Source of the DNA: Myxococcales bacterium
Lineage (GTDB): Bacteria > Myxococcota_A > Polyangia > Polyangiales > DASUME01
Direction of reading: 5' to 3'
Length of the DNA stretch: 64,000 bases
Assembly: GCA_047601445.1 (NCBI GenBank)
Contig: JASGJH010000001.1
Span: 4,672,001-4,736,000 of the forward strand
In this document: in pieces, positions 1 through 9,751 of the stretch
Position numbering within the stretch: the first letter of the stretch is position 1
Layout: every line of letters begins with the position of its first letter
Notes under the pieces: model-generated
What the model saw: only the letters and a program-made list of their open reading frames with translations
Told to the model about the DNA's origin: nothing
The model's database searches: none
Translations under genes and position numbers: made by a program

Positions 1-1330
1 AGCGCACCGTGATGGTGTCGCCCGAGTTGAGGGTGTAGTTCGTCGTGTACCAGGTCTGGTTCGCGAACTCGAAGTCGGCGTCGTGCATGACTTCCTTGGT
101 GCCGCCCGAGCGGTTGATCACCGACTTCATGTGGGTGCCCTTGAGGTGCATGTGCGGCGAGATCGAGAGAATGCGAATCGGCTGCGTGGAGATCGGATCG
201 CATGTGCCCTGGGTGTGCCAGCCGTTGATGGCATCGCTGCCGAGCCACGACACGCCGGCGATGTTCTTGGGCTTGGTCTTGTTCACGCAGATCTCGACGC
301 CGGACGCGTCCATCGCGCTCGCATCTTTGCTGTTGTAGTGGGTCTCGAGGATGAAGCCGTCACCCTCGTTGAACTCGTAGCCGATGTCGCCCTTGTCGAT
401 GGTGCGGAAGTCGATCAAGTCGCCGCCGGGTGCCCAGCCGTGCACGAGGTCACCGCTCGGATGCGTGCCGCTGGACTTCTCCACCGTGCCGTTGGCCTTG
501 AGGCCCGCGCCGCCCGGCTGTTGGAACAGCAGCCAGTGGTGGATGACCTTCTTGTTGTCGATGATGGGGCGCAGGACCACGCCGTAAGCGGTGCCGGTCC
601 AGGGCGCCTTGAAGTGGAAGTTGTAGTAGGCGTCGGAAGCCGCGCCGACCTTGAACTTGCCCGTGAGGTCGCTGGCGGAAGCGTGGGTCGTGAGCTTGTA
701 ACACTCGAGGCCCGTGCGATCGATCTCGCAGTTGCCGTCGGGGCACTTGGCCGGCTGCACCACCGGACCGTCGCCATCACCGTCACCCGCGACGTCGCCG
801 TCGCCGGACACGTCGCCATCGCCACTCGACGCGCAGCTCTCGGTGTTCTCGGGGGCGCCGTCGTCGAGCCACGCGTTGAGCGTGGCGCGCTCGGAGGCCG
901 TGAGGTCCGGCTGCGGGCTCTGGGGCATCTTGCCCTTGCCCGTCTTGTTGATGCGCTCCTTCATCGCCTCCCAGACCTTCATGGAGGCGTCGTCGTCGGC
1001 GTCCGCGGTGAAGTCGCTGTACTTCACGAGCGACATGGGCGCGCCGTAAGACGGCTCGGCGCCATGACACAAGGAGCACTTGTCCTCGATGATCTTCTGG
1101 ACGTCGCACGGAATCTTGTCATCCGTGATCGGCGTCTTGCTGTCGCCGTCTCCGTCGCCATCACCATCGCCATCGCCGTCTCCGTCTCCGGAGTCGCCGT
1201 CGCCATCGCCATCCAGAGCAGGACCTACGCCGGCCGGGAGCGCGTCCTCGCCACAGCCGGACGCCAGTAGAAGCCCCACTGCCGCAGCGAACATCGCCGA
1301 GTTTGCGCTCCTGAACATCGAGTAAGCCAC
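1..1330 (-). CDS. Lipoprotein with c-type cytochrome (CxxCH) domain fused to a PHM/DBH-like type II copper monooxygenase domain; 3' end runs off the window
   Basis: Not in the ORF track (open-ended). My translation: GTG 1330 after GGAGG (alternative ATG 1318), lipobox LASGC, GD repeats, CSLCH...KMP, VIHHWLLF, LETHY, SPHMH. Paralog at 41319-42761. Confidence 0.8.
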   Translation of the reverse strand, partial: MAYSMFRSANSAMFAAAVGLLLASGCGEDALPAGVGPALDGDGDGDSGDGDGDGDGDGDGDGDSKTPITDDKIPCDVQKIIEDKCSLCHGAEPSYGAPMSLVKYSDFTADADDDASMKVWEAMKERINKTGKGKMPQSPQPDLTASERATLNAWLDDGAPENTESCASSGDGDVSGDGDVAGDGDGDGPVVQPAKCPDGNCEIDRTGLECYKLTTHASASDLTGKFKVGAASDAYYNFHFKAPWTGTAYGVVLRPIIDNKKVIHHWLLFQQPGGAGLKANGTVEKSSGTHPSGDLVHGWAPGGDLIDFRTIDKGDIGYEFNEGDGFILETHYNSKDASAMDASGVEICVNKTKPKNIAGVSWLGSDAINGWHTQGTCDPISTQPIRILSISPHMHLKGTHMKSVINRSGGTKEVMHDADFEFANQTWYTTNYTLNSGDTITVR

Positions 1331-1893
1331 GCCACACCTCCTAGGAATGCTCCGCGCACCTTGTGAGCCTGAGGGCTACACACTCTGCGCGCGCACGCTG
1401 CCACAGTGCCCTGCGACAACTCGCTGCAGGCTACAGAAGCTCATCCGGACCGCGGTTGACTCTGGGGTGCGTACGGATTGACCACGAGACGAAACAACGT
1501 TGACCAGAGAGCACGAATTCAAGTCCGAAGTGCCCTTCGGAACGTGCACACGAGAAAACTCCAAGATCGGCAAATTTCCCGACTTTTTTGCACTTCTGCA
1601 CACGATCTGCTTCGAGTGAGATCAGCGTGTAAGCACATGTGGTTTCCGCATTGACTCCCGTGACTGATCGCGCGCTACGCGCTCCTCGCTAGCTCGCACC
1701 ACGGACCACGTTTGGGGATGCTCGCGCCACGCGATGCCACGCACGAGTCATCACCCGTACGTACGCGCGGCGCGCACGTAGCGCTGCGTCGCGCAGTGCC
1801 ACCCCAACTTTGGTCGGGACCGCAGCCTGCATGGGCGGTTGTTGACGCTCCATGGTTCGCGGCGTAGACGGGGGCGGCCTGGCGGGAAGACGC

Positions 1894-2451
1894 ATGAACG
1901 ACGACTCGCGCCTCTCCAAAACCCTCAGCTACGTCCTGCGCCATCAGCCGGAGGCGTTCGGGCTCGCGCTGGATGCCGCGGGCTGGGTGGGGACCGACGA
2001 TTTGCTGGCGGCCTTACGAAGCAGGGGGCACCGGGTGTCACGGGCCGATCTCGAGCGCGTGGTACGCGCGAGCGACAAGCAACGCTTTGCCCTCAGCGAG
2101 GACGGACGCAGCATTCGAGCGAACCAGGGGCACTCCACTCCGGTCGAGCTCGGCTATGAGCCGCGCGAACCGCCGGCACGCCTCTATCACGGAACCGTCG
2201 CGCGGTTCGTCGCCTCCATCCGGATGCACGGCCTTCAAAAGGGCCAGCGGCACCACGTACATCTATCCGAGTCGCCCGAGACCGCCATCGCGGTGGGGGC
2301 TCGGCGTGGCCGGCCCGTGGTCCTGCTGATCGACGCTGCGGCCATGCACGCTGCCGGCCACTCATTCTTCTGCTCGGCGAACGGGGTATGGCTGACGGAG
2401 CAAGTGCCCGCAGCCTACGTTTTGGTTCTCGCAGAAGTCTCAGAGCGCTGA
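1894..2451 (+). CDS. kptA: RNA 2'-phosphotransferase (Tpt1/KptA family)
   Basis: SKTLSYVLRH, DAAGWV, KQRF, IRANQGHS, LYHGT, RHHVHLS, NGVWLT motifs. Confidence 0.95.
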   Translation: MNDDSRLSKTLSYVLRHQPEAFGLALDAAGWVGTDDLLAALRSRGHRVSRADLERVVRASDKQRFALSEDGRSIRANQGHSTPVELGYEPREPPARLYHGTVARFVASIRMHGLQKGQRHHVHLSESPETAIAVGARRGRPVVLLIDAAAMHAAGHSFFCSANGVWLTEQVPAAYVLVLAEVSER

Positions 2452-2475
2452 TCGAGGTCGAGATCCATGTTGGCC

Positions 2476-2994
2476 TCACAACGCTGACAGGATGGCGCGC
2501 CCAGCCTTGCGCCACGTCGACACAGGTTGGACGCCGGGGTGTACCCGCGCGGTGTGCGGAGCGCCGAACAGGTAAAGAGCGGGAACCAGACCCAAGAGGT
2601 GCCTCAGCACGTCCATCCGATCATCCACGAAGTGGGTGATGTGGTGTTCGATGCAATGGTCTGCCTTCTGCCGGCGCTCGCGGCAGAAACGAACGTTGCT
2701 CGGCTCGATCCCCGTGAGCTCGAAGAACCGGTGGTGCGCGAACCACTTGCAGGTGCGAGCGGCGATCCTGGGCCCGGCCTTGGAGACGATCCAGACGCGT
2801 CCCTCGAAGGCGTCGGTCAAGGCCGCGAGGGTCTCGAAGCAGGCTTCGGTGGGCGGCGTCTCGAGCGCCTGGTCTTCGTGCCCCTGTAGAAAGGACGTGT
2901 CGTCTGGCCCTTCACCGGGCGCGATGATGACTCGGCCCACGTCGACCCCAAGGACCGGGAGGTCGCTCTGATATGGAGGATTGATGCGTGACAT
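2476..2994 (-). CDS. HAD-superfamily-like hypothetical protein
   Basis: GVDVGRV (degenerate motif I), IVSK, conserved K, FVDD (motif IV). Confidence 0.6.
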   Translation of the reverse strand: MSRINPPYQSDLPVLGVDVGRVIIAPGEGPDDTSFLQGHEDQALETPPTEACFETLAALTDAFEGRVWIVSKAGPRIAARTCKWFAHHRFFELTGIEPSNVRFCRERRQKADHCIEHHITHFVDDRMDVLRHLLGLVPALYLFGAPHTARVHPGVQPVSTWRKAGRAILSAL

Positions 2995-3049
2995 GGCGCG
3001 AGGATGCCCACGCCAATCATCACGCTCCACTATTCCTACTTGAGGTACT

Positions 3050-3064
3050 ATTACGATTCGTAAT
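3050..3064. promoter_or_regulatory. LysR-type T-N11-A operator, ATTACGA-T-TCGTAAT
   Basis: Perfect 7-1-7 dyad between the divergent HAD gene and lysR, overlapping the lysR ATG. Confidence 0.65.
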
Positions 3065-3935
3065 GAATGAAGAATGGCTCCGTTCCTTCCTCGCTTTTGC
3101 CGAACACCTGAGCTTCACGACCGCCGCGGAGGCTCTGCACCTCTCGCAACCCGCCGTGCACGTGCAGGTGAAGAAGCTGTCCGATTCCCTGGGCTTCACG
3201 CTGTACCGACGAGACGGGCGCCGGCTGATCCTGACGCCGGAGGGCGAGCGCGTGTACGCATTCGGGCGAGAGCAGGCCGAACGCACCGAGCGCTTCCTGG
3301 GGGATCTGAGGGGACGCCCAGAACACCGGCCCGTCGTGTTGTCCGCAGGAGCCGGCGCGTACCAATACCTGCTGGGCGACGCGATTCGGACCTTCACCCG
3401 CTCGGGACTCGCGCCGCTTCGCCTCGCCAGCCACGATCGAGACCAGGCGGTCCGGGCAGTGCAGCGTGGAGACTCGCATCTGGGCGTGGCGGTCTTGGAG
3501 GCCACTCCCGACGAGCTCGCGTCGGAGCGACTCGTTCAAGTGGGAGCCTCCCTCGTGATGCCGAAGAGCCACCGGCTTGCGCGCAAGCGGGGCCTAACGC
3601 TCAAGGACCTCAAGGGTGAACGCCTGATCGTGCCACCCGAGGGGCGCCCGCACCGAACCATGCTGAGTCGCGCGCTGCTCTCCGCTGGCGTGCCGTGGCA
3701 ACCCGCCATCGAGGCCTCGGGGTGGGAACTGTTGATGCATTTCGCGCGGCTCGAACTCGGAATCGCCGTGGTGAACTCGTTTTGTGCGCCCCCGGCCGGC
3801 TGCGTTCGACGCGCGCTGCCAGCAATTCCCAGGGTGACCTACTCCCTCTTCCGTAACAGGACCCGCCGGATGGACGGCGCGGTAGCCGCGCTTCGCGACG
3901 CGATCATCGCGCACACGCCCAGGCTCCTGGCTTGA
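3063..3935 (+). CDS. LysR-family transcriptional regulator
   Basis: SFTTAAEALHLSQPAV...LTPEG HTH plus full substrate-binding domain. Confidence 0.95.
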   Translation: MNEEWLRSFLAFAEHLSFTTAAEALHLSQPAVHVQVKKLSDSLGFTLYRRDGRRLILTPEGERVYAFGREQAERTERFLGDLRGRPEHRPVVLSAGAGAYQYLLGDAIRTFTRSGLAPLRLASHDRDQAVRAVQRGDSHLGVAVLEATPDELASERLVQVGASLVMPKSHRLARKRGLTLKDLKGERLIVPPEGRPHRTMLSRALLSAGVPWQPAIEASGWELLMHFARLELGIAVVNSFCAPPAGCVRRALPAIPRVTYSLFRNRTRRMDGAVAALRDAIIAHTPRLLA

Positions 3936-3965
3936 AACGCCGAATGCACGCCAAATCGCGGCCAT

Positions 3966-3994
3966 TTGACGCCTTCCCCTCCCCGCCCTAACCT
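3966..3994 (+). promoter_or_regulatory. sigma70-like promoter of tRNA-Ser
   Basis: TTGACG-17bp-TAACCT, 20 bp upstream of the tRNA. Confidence 0.65.
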
Positions 3995-4013
3995 CGCGCG
4001 AATTCGTACACTT

Positions 4014-4103
4014 GGAGGAGTGGCCGAGTGGTCTAAGGCAGCGGTTTTGAAAACCGCCGTGGGGGTAACCCCACCAGGGGTTCGAATCCCTTCTCCTCCG
4101 CCA
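4014..4103 (+). tRNA. tRNA-Ser (anticodon TGA)
   Basis: GGAGGAG acceptor stem, anticodon arm GCGGT-TTTGAAA-ACCGC, long variable arm, GGGGTTCGAATCCC T-arm, G discriminator plus encoded CCA. Confidence 0.97.
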
Positions 4104-4106
4104 ACG

Positions 4107-4967
4107 TTACTTTGCGCCTGCGTTCGCGAGTTCGGCGAGGTCCTCGCTGGCGAGCGACAACGAAGCTGCCCGCATATTCTCCTCCAAGTGGGCGATGGAG
4201 CCGGTCCCCGGGATGGCGATGGTGACCGGGGACAGCTTCAGCAGCCAAGCGAGTGCGACCTGTGCGCTGGTGGCGTTGCGTCGCTTGGCGACCTCGTCCG
4301 CGGCGTGCAGGTCCGTGTAGCCACCGCCGAGTGGGAAGAACGGAGCAAAGGCGATGCCGTTCGCCGCGCACACCTCGAGCACCGCAGCTTCTTCGCGGTT
4401 GGCGACGTGAAAGTTGTTTTGCACCGCAGCCACCTGAGCGATGGCGCGGGCCTCCGCCAGCTGCGCCGCATCGACGTTGCTCAAGCCGAGGTGACGGATC
4501 AAGCCCTCCTCGCGTAGCTTCGCCAGCGCTTCGAAGCGCGCAGCGAGCGACTCGCCTCGCGGAGGCCCCTCCATGGCGCCGATGCGTAGGTAGACCAGGT
4601 CGAGGCACGAACGCCCGAGCGTCTCGAGGTTGGCCTCCACGAGTGAACGCAACTGTTCGGGAGCGGCCGCGCGTATCCCCTGCGGACCGAAGACGGGCCC
4701 CACCTTGGTCGCGATTACCAGACCGATGGGGTACGGCTGGAGCGCTTCGCGGATCAAGGTGTTGGCGCGGACGGATCCGTCGTTGCTGCGATAGAAATCG
4801 GCGGTATCGATGTGGTTGACCCCGAGCTCGAGCGCGCGACGCAGGATGGCCCGGCCAGTCTCGGGATCGCGCGGCGGCCCTTGCCAGCTGGCCGTGGGCA
4901 AGCGCATCGCGCCGAAGCCGAGCCGCTTGATGGGGAGGTCCCCGCCGAGACGAAATTCTGGACTCAT
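4107..4967 (-). CDS. Aldo/keto reductase
   Basis: RLGFGAM, IDTADFY, IATKVG, LGLSN, AIPGT motifs. Confidence 0.93.
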   Translation of the reverse strand: MSPEFRLGGDLPIKRLGFGAMRLPTASWQGPPRDPETGRAILRRALELGVNHIDTADFYRSNDGSVRANTLIREALQPYPIGLVIATKVGPVFGPQGIRAAAPEQLRSLVEANLETLGRSCLDLVYLRIGAMEGPPRGESLAARFEALAKLREEGLIRHLGLSNVDAAQLAEARAIAQVAAVQNNFHVANREEAAVLEVCAANGIAFAPFFPLGGGYTDLHAADEVAKRRNATSAQVALAWLLKLSPVTIAIPGTGSIAHLEENMRAASLSLASEDLAELANAGAK

Positions 4968-5082
4968 GAGCTTCTCGTTTCCTGGGAGGCTATGGTTCGG
5001 ATGTGGAGGCGCCTCCGGTTTCGAGAATAAACGGAGGGTCCTCCGTTTACAAGTGGCCAGTGAGGGCCGGGAGCGCTGACCC

Positions 5083-5652
5083 GTGGTGAAAAAGGACGAG
5101 ACGCCCCCCACGCGCGTGCGGAGCGACGCTCAACGCAACAAGCAGGAGATCCTGTTGGCAGCGACCAGGGCGTTCAGCCTGGACGCGAACGCATCGCTCG
5201 AGGGCATCGCGAAAGCCGCAGGGGTCGGGATCGGGACGCTGTACCGGCACTACCCCACGCGTGAGGCGCTACTCGAGGCTGCTCACCGAGAGGAGATCAC
5301 CAAGCTCTGCGCGGTCGCACCGAAGCTGCTCAAGAAACATCCGCCGGACGTCGCCCTGGCTCGCTTCCTAGAACACTTTATCGATCACATGGAGTCCAGG
5401 CGCGGGATGGTCGAAGCGGTCGCCGCCGCGATCGCCGTCTCGGGGACCGAGGGCAACGAGAGCCTGGCGGTGGTCGCCGCCGCCGTGGGGCCGATCGTGG
5501 AAGCGGGCAAGGCCCAGGGCGTACTGCGCGACGACATCACCGTGCGCGACTTCATCCTCGCCAAAGGCGCCGTCGCGCGCTCCCGGCCCGAACACGCGCG
5601 GCGACTCGCGGCCATCCTGATCGACGGGCTGCGCTCCTCCGCGCCCAAGTGA
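5083..5652 (+). CDS. TetR/AcrR-family regulator, divergent from the aldo/keto reductase
   Basis: RSDAQRN...IAKAAGVGIGTLYRHYPTRE HTH. Confidence 0.93.
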   Translation: MVKKDETPPTRVRSDAQRNKQEILLAATRAFSLDANASLEGIAKAAGVGIGTLYRHYPTREALLEAAHREEITKLCAVAPKLLKKHPPDVALARFLEHFIDHMESRRGMVEAVAAAIAVSGTEGNESLAVVAAAVGPIVEAGKAQGVLRDDITVRDFILAKGAVARSRPEHARRLAAILIDGLRSSAPK

Positions 5653-5865
5653 AGCCCGTGCGCACACGGGTTCTCCCTTCTGCGCGCGGTCGCCTCCGCG
5701 CCCAAGTGAAGCCCGTGCGCACACGGGTTCTCCCTTCTGCGCGCGGTCGCCTCGCGCCCCAAGTGAAGCCCGTGCGCACACGGGTTCTCCCTTCTGCGCG
5801 CGGTCGCCTCGCGCCCCAAGTGAAGCCCGTGCGCACACGGGTTCTCCCTTCTGCGCGCGGTCGCC
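5641..5865 (+). repeat. Four tandem 57-bp near-identical repeats
   Basis: AAGTGAAGCCCGTGCGCACACGGGTTCTCCCTTCTGCGCGCGGTCGCC at 5647, 5704, 5761, 5818; no unique spacers. Confidence 0.95.
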
Positions 5866-6062
5866 ATGGGCTTTGATCCACGGTCGTACGTCTTGTGATC
5901 GCTTCGGGCGGTGGGGCCGCGAACTCGCTCCTTGGGTGCACTCGAGTTTCGCTCAGACAGCGCGGCTCAGGGGGCCGCTGAGTTGGTGGTACTTCTGTTC
6001 TGCGATTCGGCCGGGGGCGTGCCATGCGCGCAGAAGGGAGAACCCGTGTGCGCACGGGCTTC
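5822..6062. repeat. REPIN/MITE-like element A with perfect 37-bp terminal inverted repeats
   Basis: 5822-5858 is the exact reverse complement of 6026-6062. Confidence 0.85.
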
Positions 6063-6096
6063 CCCTGGGAGCTCGGAGTTCTCTAGCTCGAGTGAA

Positions 6097-6197
6097 CTCG
6101 AGTGGGCTCTCGGGAGCGCTCGAGTGGGCTCTCGGGTGAACTCGAGTGGGCTCTCGGGAGCGCTCGAGTGGGCTCTCGGGAGCGCTCGAGTGGGCTC
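6097..6197 (+). repeat. About 4.6 tandem copies of a 22-bp unit
   Basis: CTCGAGTGGGCTCTCGGGAGCG at 6097, 6119 (variant end), 6141, 6163, 6185 (partial). Confidence 0.92.
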
Positions 6198-6258
6198 CAC
6201 ATGAGCCCGGTTGAGCCAGAGAACACACGAGCACGAGGGCTCGCGGTGCGCATTCGAG

Positions 6259-6504
6259 TAGCCCGCTGGTGAGGGCCAAGGGGCACCCTCTGCGCGCATG
6301 GCACGCCCCCGCGCGGCGCGAAGAATCAACGTGCGACCAGGTCAGCCGCCCCATGAGCCGCGCTGTCTGAGCGAAACTCGAGCTCCTCCGAGGAGCGAGT
6401 TCGCGGCCCCACCGCCCCAAGCGACCCCATGTACGTACAACCGCGGATCAAAGCCCATGGCGACCGCGCGCTGAGGGTGCCCCTTGGCCCTCACCAGCGG
6501 GCTA
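6259..6504. repeat. REPIN/MITE-like element B (core is an inverted copy of A's core; different 39-bp terminal IR)
   Basis: 6259-6297 pairs with 6466-6504 with one mismatch; core is the diverged reverse complement of 5859-6025. Confidence 0.85.
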
Positions 6505-6550
6505 TCACTAGGGAGCGCGCCGCGAGACCTCGTGGGAGCGCCGTGAGCCC

Positions 6551-7678
6551 TCAGGGGAGTTTGCCGTCCACGCCCTTCACGTAGAACTTGATTGCGTGCA
6601 GGAAGTCGTCGCTCGCGCGCTCCCCTGCCTTCAATAGCTCCTTGCCGGCCTGGTCCACGATGGGCCCGGTCCACGGATGAAACGAGCCATCACTCAAGCC
6701 CGCCTTCACTTTGGCGAGCTTCTCTTTGACTGACGCGGGCACCTTTTCCGAGATGGAGACGAAGTCGATCGCCCCCTCCTTCACGCCCCACCACGCCGTG
6801 CCGCTCTTCCAGGTGCCGTCGAGCACGTCTTTCACGGCCTTGGTGTAGTAGGGCCCCCAGTTGATGATGGCGGATCCAAGGTGCGCCTTGGGCCCGTAGG
6901 CGCTCATGTCGGAGTCCCACCCGAACGCGTACTTGCCCGCCTTCTCTGCGGTTTGCAGCACGGCAGCGGAGTCGGTGTTCTGGAACAACACGTCGGCGCC
7001 CTGGTCGAGCAAGGACTGAGCTCCTTCCGCTTCCTTGGGCGGATCGAACCACTTGTTGATCCACACTACCTTGGTCTTCACGGCCGGATTCACGGTTTGC
7101 GCGCCGAGCGTGAAGGAGTTGATGTTGCGGATCACTTCGGGGATCGGGATGGACGCGATGACGCCCAGGGTCCCGCTCTTGCTCATGCTGCCGGCCACGA
7201 TGCCGGCCATGTAGGCGCCCTCGTAGGTACGTGAGTCGTAGGCCCGCAGGTTGTCGGCGGTCTTGTAGCCGGTGGCGTGCTCGAACTTCACTTGCTTGTT
7301 GTCGGCGGCCACCTTGAGCATCGACTCCATGTACCCGAAGGTCGTGCCGAAGATCACGCTGTTGCCCTGGCTCACGAGGTCACGGATCACGCGCTCTGCA
7401 TCCGCCGCCTCGGGTACGTTCTCCACGAAGGTGGTGCTGACTTTGCTGCCGAAGGCCGCCTCGATGGTCTTGCGCCCGCGATCGTGGGCGAAGGTCCAAC
7501 CCGCGTCCCCCACCGGGCCTACGTAGGCGAACGCGATCTTGAGCTGCGCGGGCGGCACCTGGGCGCTCGGGGCCGCCGCGTGGGCGGACGCGGGCTCCTC
7601 CTTCTTGCCGCAGCCGAGTGCGCACAGGAGGGAGAGCAACAAGCTGGACCACAACACGGTTCGAGTCAGGCGATGCAT
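6551..7678 (-). CDS. BMP-family ABC transporter substrate-binding lipoprotein (purine/nucleoside)
   Basis: Lipobox ALGC; YVGPVGDAGWTFAHD, IFGTTFGY, WFDPPKE motifs. Confidence 0.93.
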   Translation of the reverse strand: MHRLTRTVLWSSLLLSLLCALGCGKKEEPASAHAAAPSAQVPPAQLKIAFAYVGPVGDAGWTFAHDRGRKTIEAAFGSKVSTTFVENVPEAADAERVIRDLVSQGNSVIFGTTFGYMESMLKVAADNKQVKFEHATGYKTADNLRAYDSRTYEGAYMAGIVAGSMSKSGTLGVIASIPIPEVIRNINSFTLGAQTVNPAVKTKVVWINKWFDPPKEAEGAQSLLDQGADVLFQNTDSAAVLQTAEKAGKYAFGWDSDMSAYGPKAHLGSAIINWGPYYTKAVKDVLDGTWKSGTAWWGVKEGAIDFVSISEKVPASVKEKLAKVKAGLSDGSFHPWTGPIVDQAGKELLKAGERASDDFLHAIKFYVKGVDGKLP

Positions 7679-7730
7679 TTCGGAGCTCCAGTGGCGAGGG
7701 GTCTGGGAACGGACGCGCCGGCGAAGGCGA

Positions 7731-8651
7731 TCAAGAACTCGGCACGAAGGGCTTGCCGAGCGAGGCGGGCATGTTCGCGCGCACCCAACCCGCATCGCGC
7801 GAGATGAGCACCAGCACGAGGATGGTGGAGAGATAGGGCAGCATGCTCAGCCACTGACTGGCGATCTGCACACCGTGCCCCTGCAGATGGAACTGCAGCA
7901 TGGTCACGCCACCGAACAGATAGGCGCCGAGCAGGATGCGCAGGGGACGCCAGGTGGCGAAGGTCGTGAGCGCGAGGGCGATCCAGCCGCGTCCGGAGAC
8001 CATGCCCTCGACCCACATCGGCGTGTAGACCGTCGACAAATAGGCTCCTGCCAGCCCGCACAGCGCACCGCCGAGCGTCACGCATGCGAGGCGTAGGGCG
8101 CGCACGGGATAGCCGAGCGCATGGGCAGCCTCGGGCGCTTCACCCACCCCGCGCAAGAGCAAGCCGCGTCGCGTATGGAACAGGAACCAGTGCAGCGCGA
8201 GCGCGAAGAGAGCGGCCGCGTAGGTGAGCGGGTGTTGTCTAAAAAGGGCCGGACCCAGCAGGGGCAGATCCGCGAGCCAAGGGAGCGCGAAGGTGCCGCG
8301 GGCGGGCAGTTGCTGCTGGGTGTACTCGGTGCCCACGAAGGCCGAGAGACCGCTCCCGAACAGGCTCAGCGCGAGTCCCGCCGCGTACTGGTTGGTGTGC
8401 AAGAAGATCACGAGCAACCCGAAGAGCAGCGCCAGCAGCGCGCCCGCGAGCGCCCCGCATAGCAACGCCAGCACGTCGCTGTGGGTGTGCACGCACGCGG
8501 CAAAGCCCGCGACCGCGGCCACCAGCATGAGGCCTTCGGCGCCTAGATTGACCACCCCCGCGCGCTCGTTGATCACCAGGCCGAGGCTGGCGATGGCGAG
8601 CACCGTGCCGGCGCTCAAGGTGGCAGCCACGAGCAACGCGAGGGACTCCAC
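7731..8651 (-). CDS. Nucleoside ABC transporter permease
   Basis: NERAGVVNLGAEG, GRGWIALAL; GTG start overlaps the upstream stop. Confidence 0.93.
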   Translation of the reverse strand: MESLALLVAATLSAGTVLAIASLGLVINERAGVVNLGAEGLMLVAAVAGFAACVHTHSDVLALLCGALAGALLALLFGLLVIFLHTNQYAAGLALSLFGSGLSAFVGTEYTQQQLPARGTFALPWLADLPLLGPALFRQHPLTYAAALFALALHWFLFHTRRGLLLRGVGEAPEAAHALGYPVRALRLACVTLGGALCGLAGAYLSTVYTPMWVEGMVSGRGWIALALTTFATWRPLRILLGAYLFGGVTMLQFHLQGHGVQIASQWLSMLPYLSTILVLVLISRDAGWVRANMPASLGKPFVPSS

Positions 8652-9751
8652 TAGCGGGCCTCCTGCGTGGCGGACGCGGGCTCGCTGGCGCGCGGACGCG
8701 GCGACCAGCGCAGGCGGTGGGAAATCAAGCTGTCGCAAGCGAGCAACGAGAAGAGCAACAGGCCCTGGAACACGTAGCTCAGCGACTTCGGGAGCCCCAT
8801 GCGCGACTGGGCGAGCTCACCGCCGATCAAGAACAGGCTCATCAACAGCGACGAGAACAGGACGCCCGCGGGATGCAGGCGCCCCACGAACGCCACGATG
8901 ATGGCGGCGAAGCCATAGCCCGTGGGCACGTAAGGTGTGAGCTGCCCGAGTGGACCCGCGATCTCCACACCTCCTGCCAGGCCCGCGAGGGCGCCCGACA
9001 CGAGCAGCGCGCCCCACAGGCTCGCGCGTTCGGAGAAGCCGGCATAGCGTGCAGCCTGAGGCGCAAGACCCGACACGCTGAGTTGAAAGCCCCAGTAGCT
9101 CCGGAACAACAGGAGCCACACCAGCAAGAGCGACAGCAGGCCCAGCGGAAAACCGGCATGGATGCGCTGGCCGTCCACCAGACGCGGGAGCTTGGTGGCC
9201 TCCACGAAGCTGATGGTCTGGGGGAAATTGTAGCCCTCCGGATCCTTCCAGGGGCCGTACACGAGGTAGCCGAGCAGCAGCTCCGCTACGTAGACCAGCA
9301 TCAGGCTGACGAGGATCTCGCTGGCGTGGAAGCGGTCGCGCAAGAACGCCGTGAGGGCCGCCCAGAGCATGCCGCCGAGTGCACCCGCGAGCATCACCCA
9401 CAGCACGAAGCTGCCGTGGCTCTCGGTGCTGGCCTGCATGGAGACACCGGAGGCGAAGATGGCCCCGAGCACGTATTGGCCTTCGGCCCCGATGTTCCAC
9501 ACGTTGGCGCGGAAGCACAGCGAGAGACCGAGCGCGATGAGCAGGAGTGGGGTGGCCTTGACCGCGAGCTCGGAGGCATCTCGAAGATCGTCGAGGGGCT
9601 CCACGAAGAACATGGCGAGCCCGCGCCAGGGATCCTTGCCGAGCAGGGTAAATAGCAGCGCGCCGAGCAGCACCGTGATGCCGAGCGCGAACAGCGGCGA
9701 GAGCAGCGCCATGCGCTGCGAGGGCTCGGGGCGAGCTTCAAGGCGCAACAT
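8651..9751 (-). CDS. Nucleoside ABC transporter permease
   Basis: WNIGAEGQ, GYGFAAIIVAFVGRLHP. Confidence 0.93.
   Translation of the reverse strand: MLRLEARPEPSQRMALLSPLFALGITVLLGALLFTLLGKDPWRGLAMFFVEPLDDLRDASELAVKATPLLLIALGLSLCFRANVWNIGAEGQYVLGAIFASGVSMQASTESHGSFVLWVMLAGALGGMLWAALTAFLRDRFHASEILVSLMLVYVAELLLGYLVYGPWKDPEGYNFPQTISFVEATKLPRLVDGQRIHAGFPLGLLSLLLVWLLLFRSYWGFQLSVSGLAPQAARYAGFSERASLWGALLVSGALAGLAGGVEIAGPLGQLTPYVPTGYGFAAIIVAFVGRLHPAGVLFSSLLMSLFLIGGELAQSRMGLPKSLSYVFQGLLLFSLLACDSLISHRLRWSPRPRASEPASATQEAR

Noticed and set aside
83..1270. Long antisense or alternate-frame ORFs (also 16003-17793, 25819-27837, 28225-29805, 41049-43100)
   Set aside because: They are shadow ORFs of real genes, expected at high GC, and carry no motifs.
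4014..4103. tRNA-Ser as the att site of an integrated island
   Set aside because: I saw no duplicated tRNA 3' end, no integrase and no clear compositional shift.
5641..5865. CRISPR array
   Set aside because: Units are contiguous and near-identical with no unique spacers, and there are no cas genes in the window.
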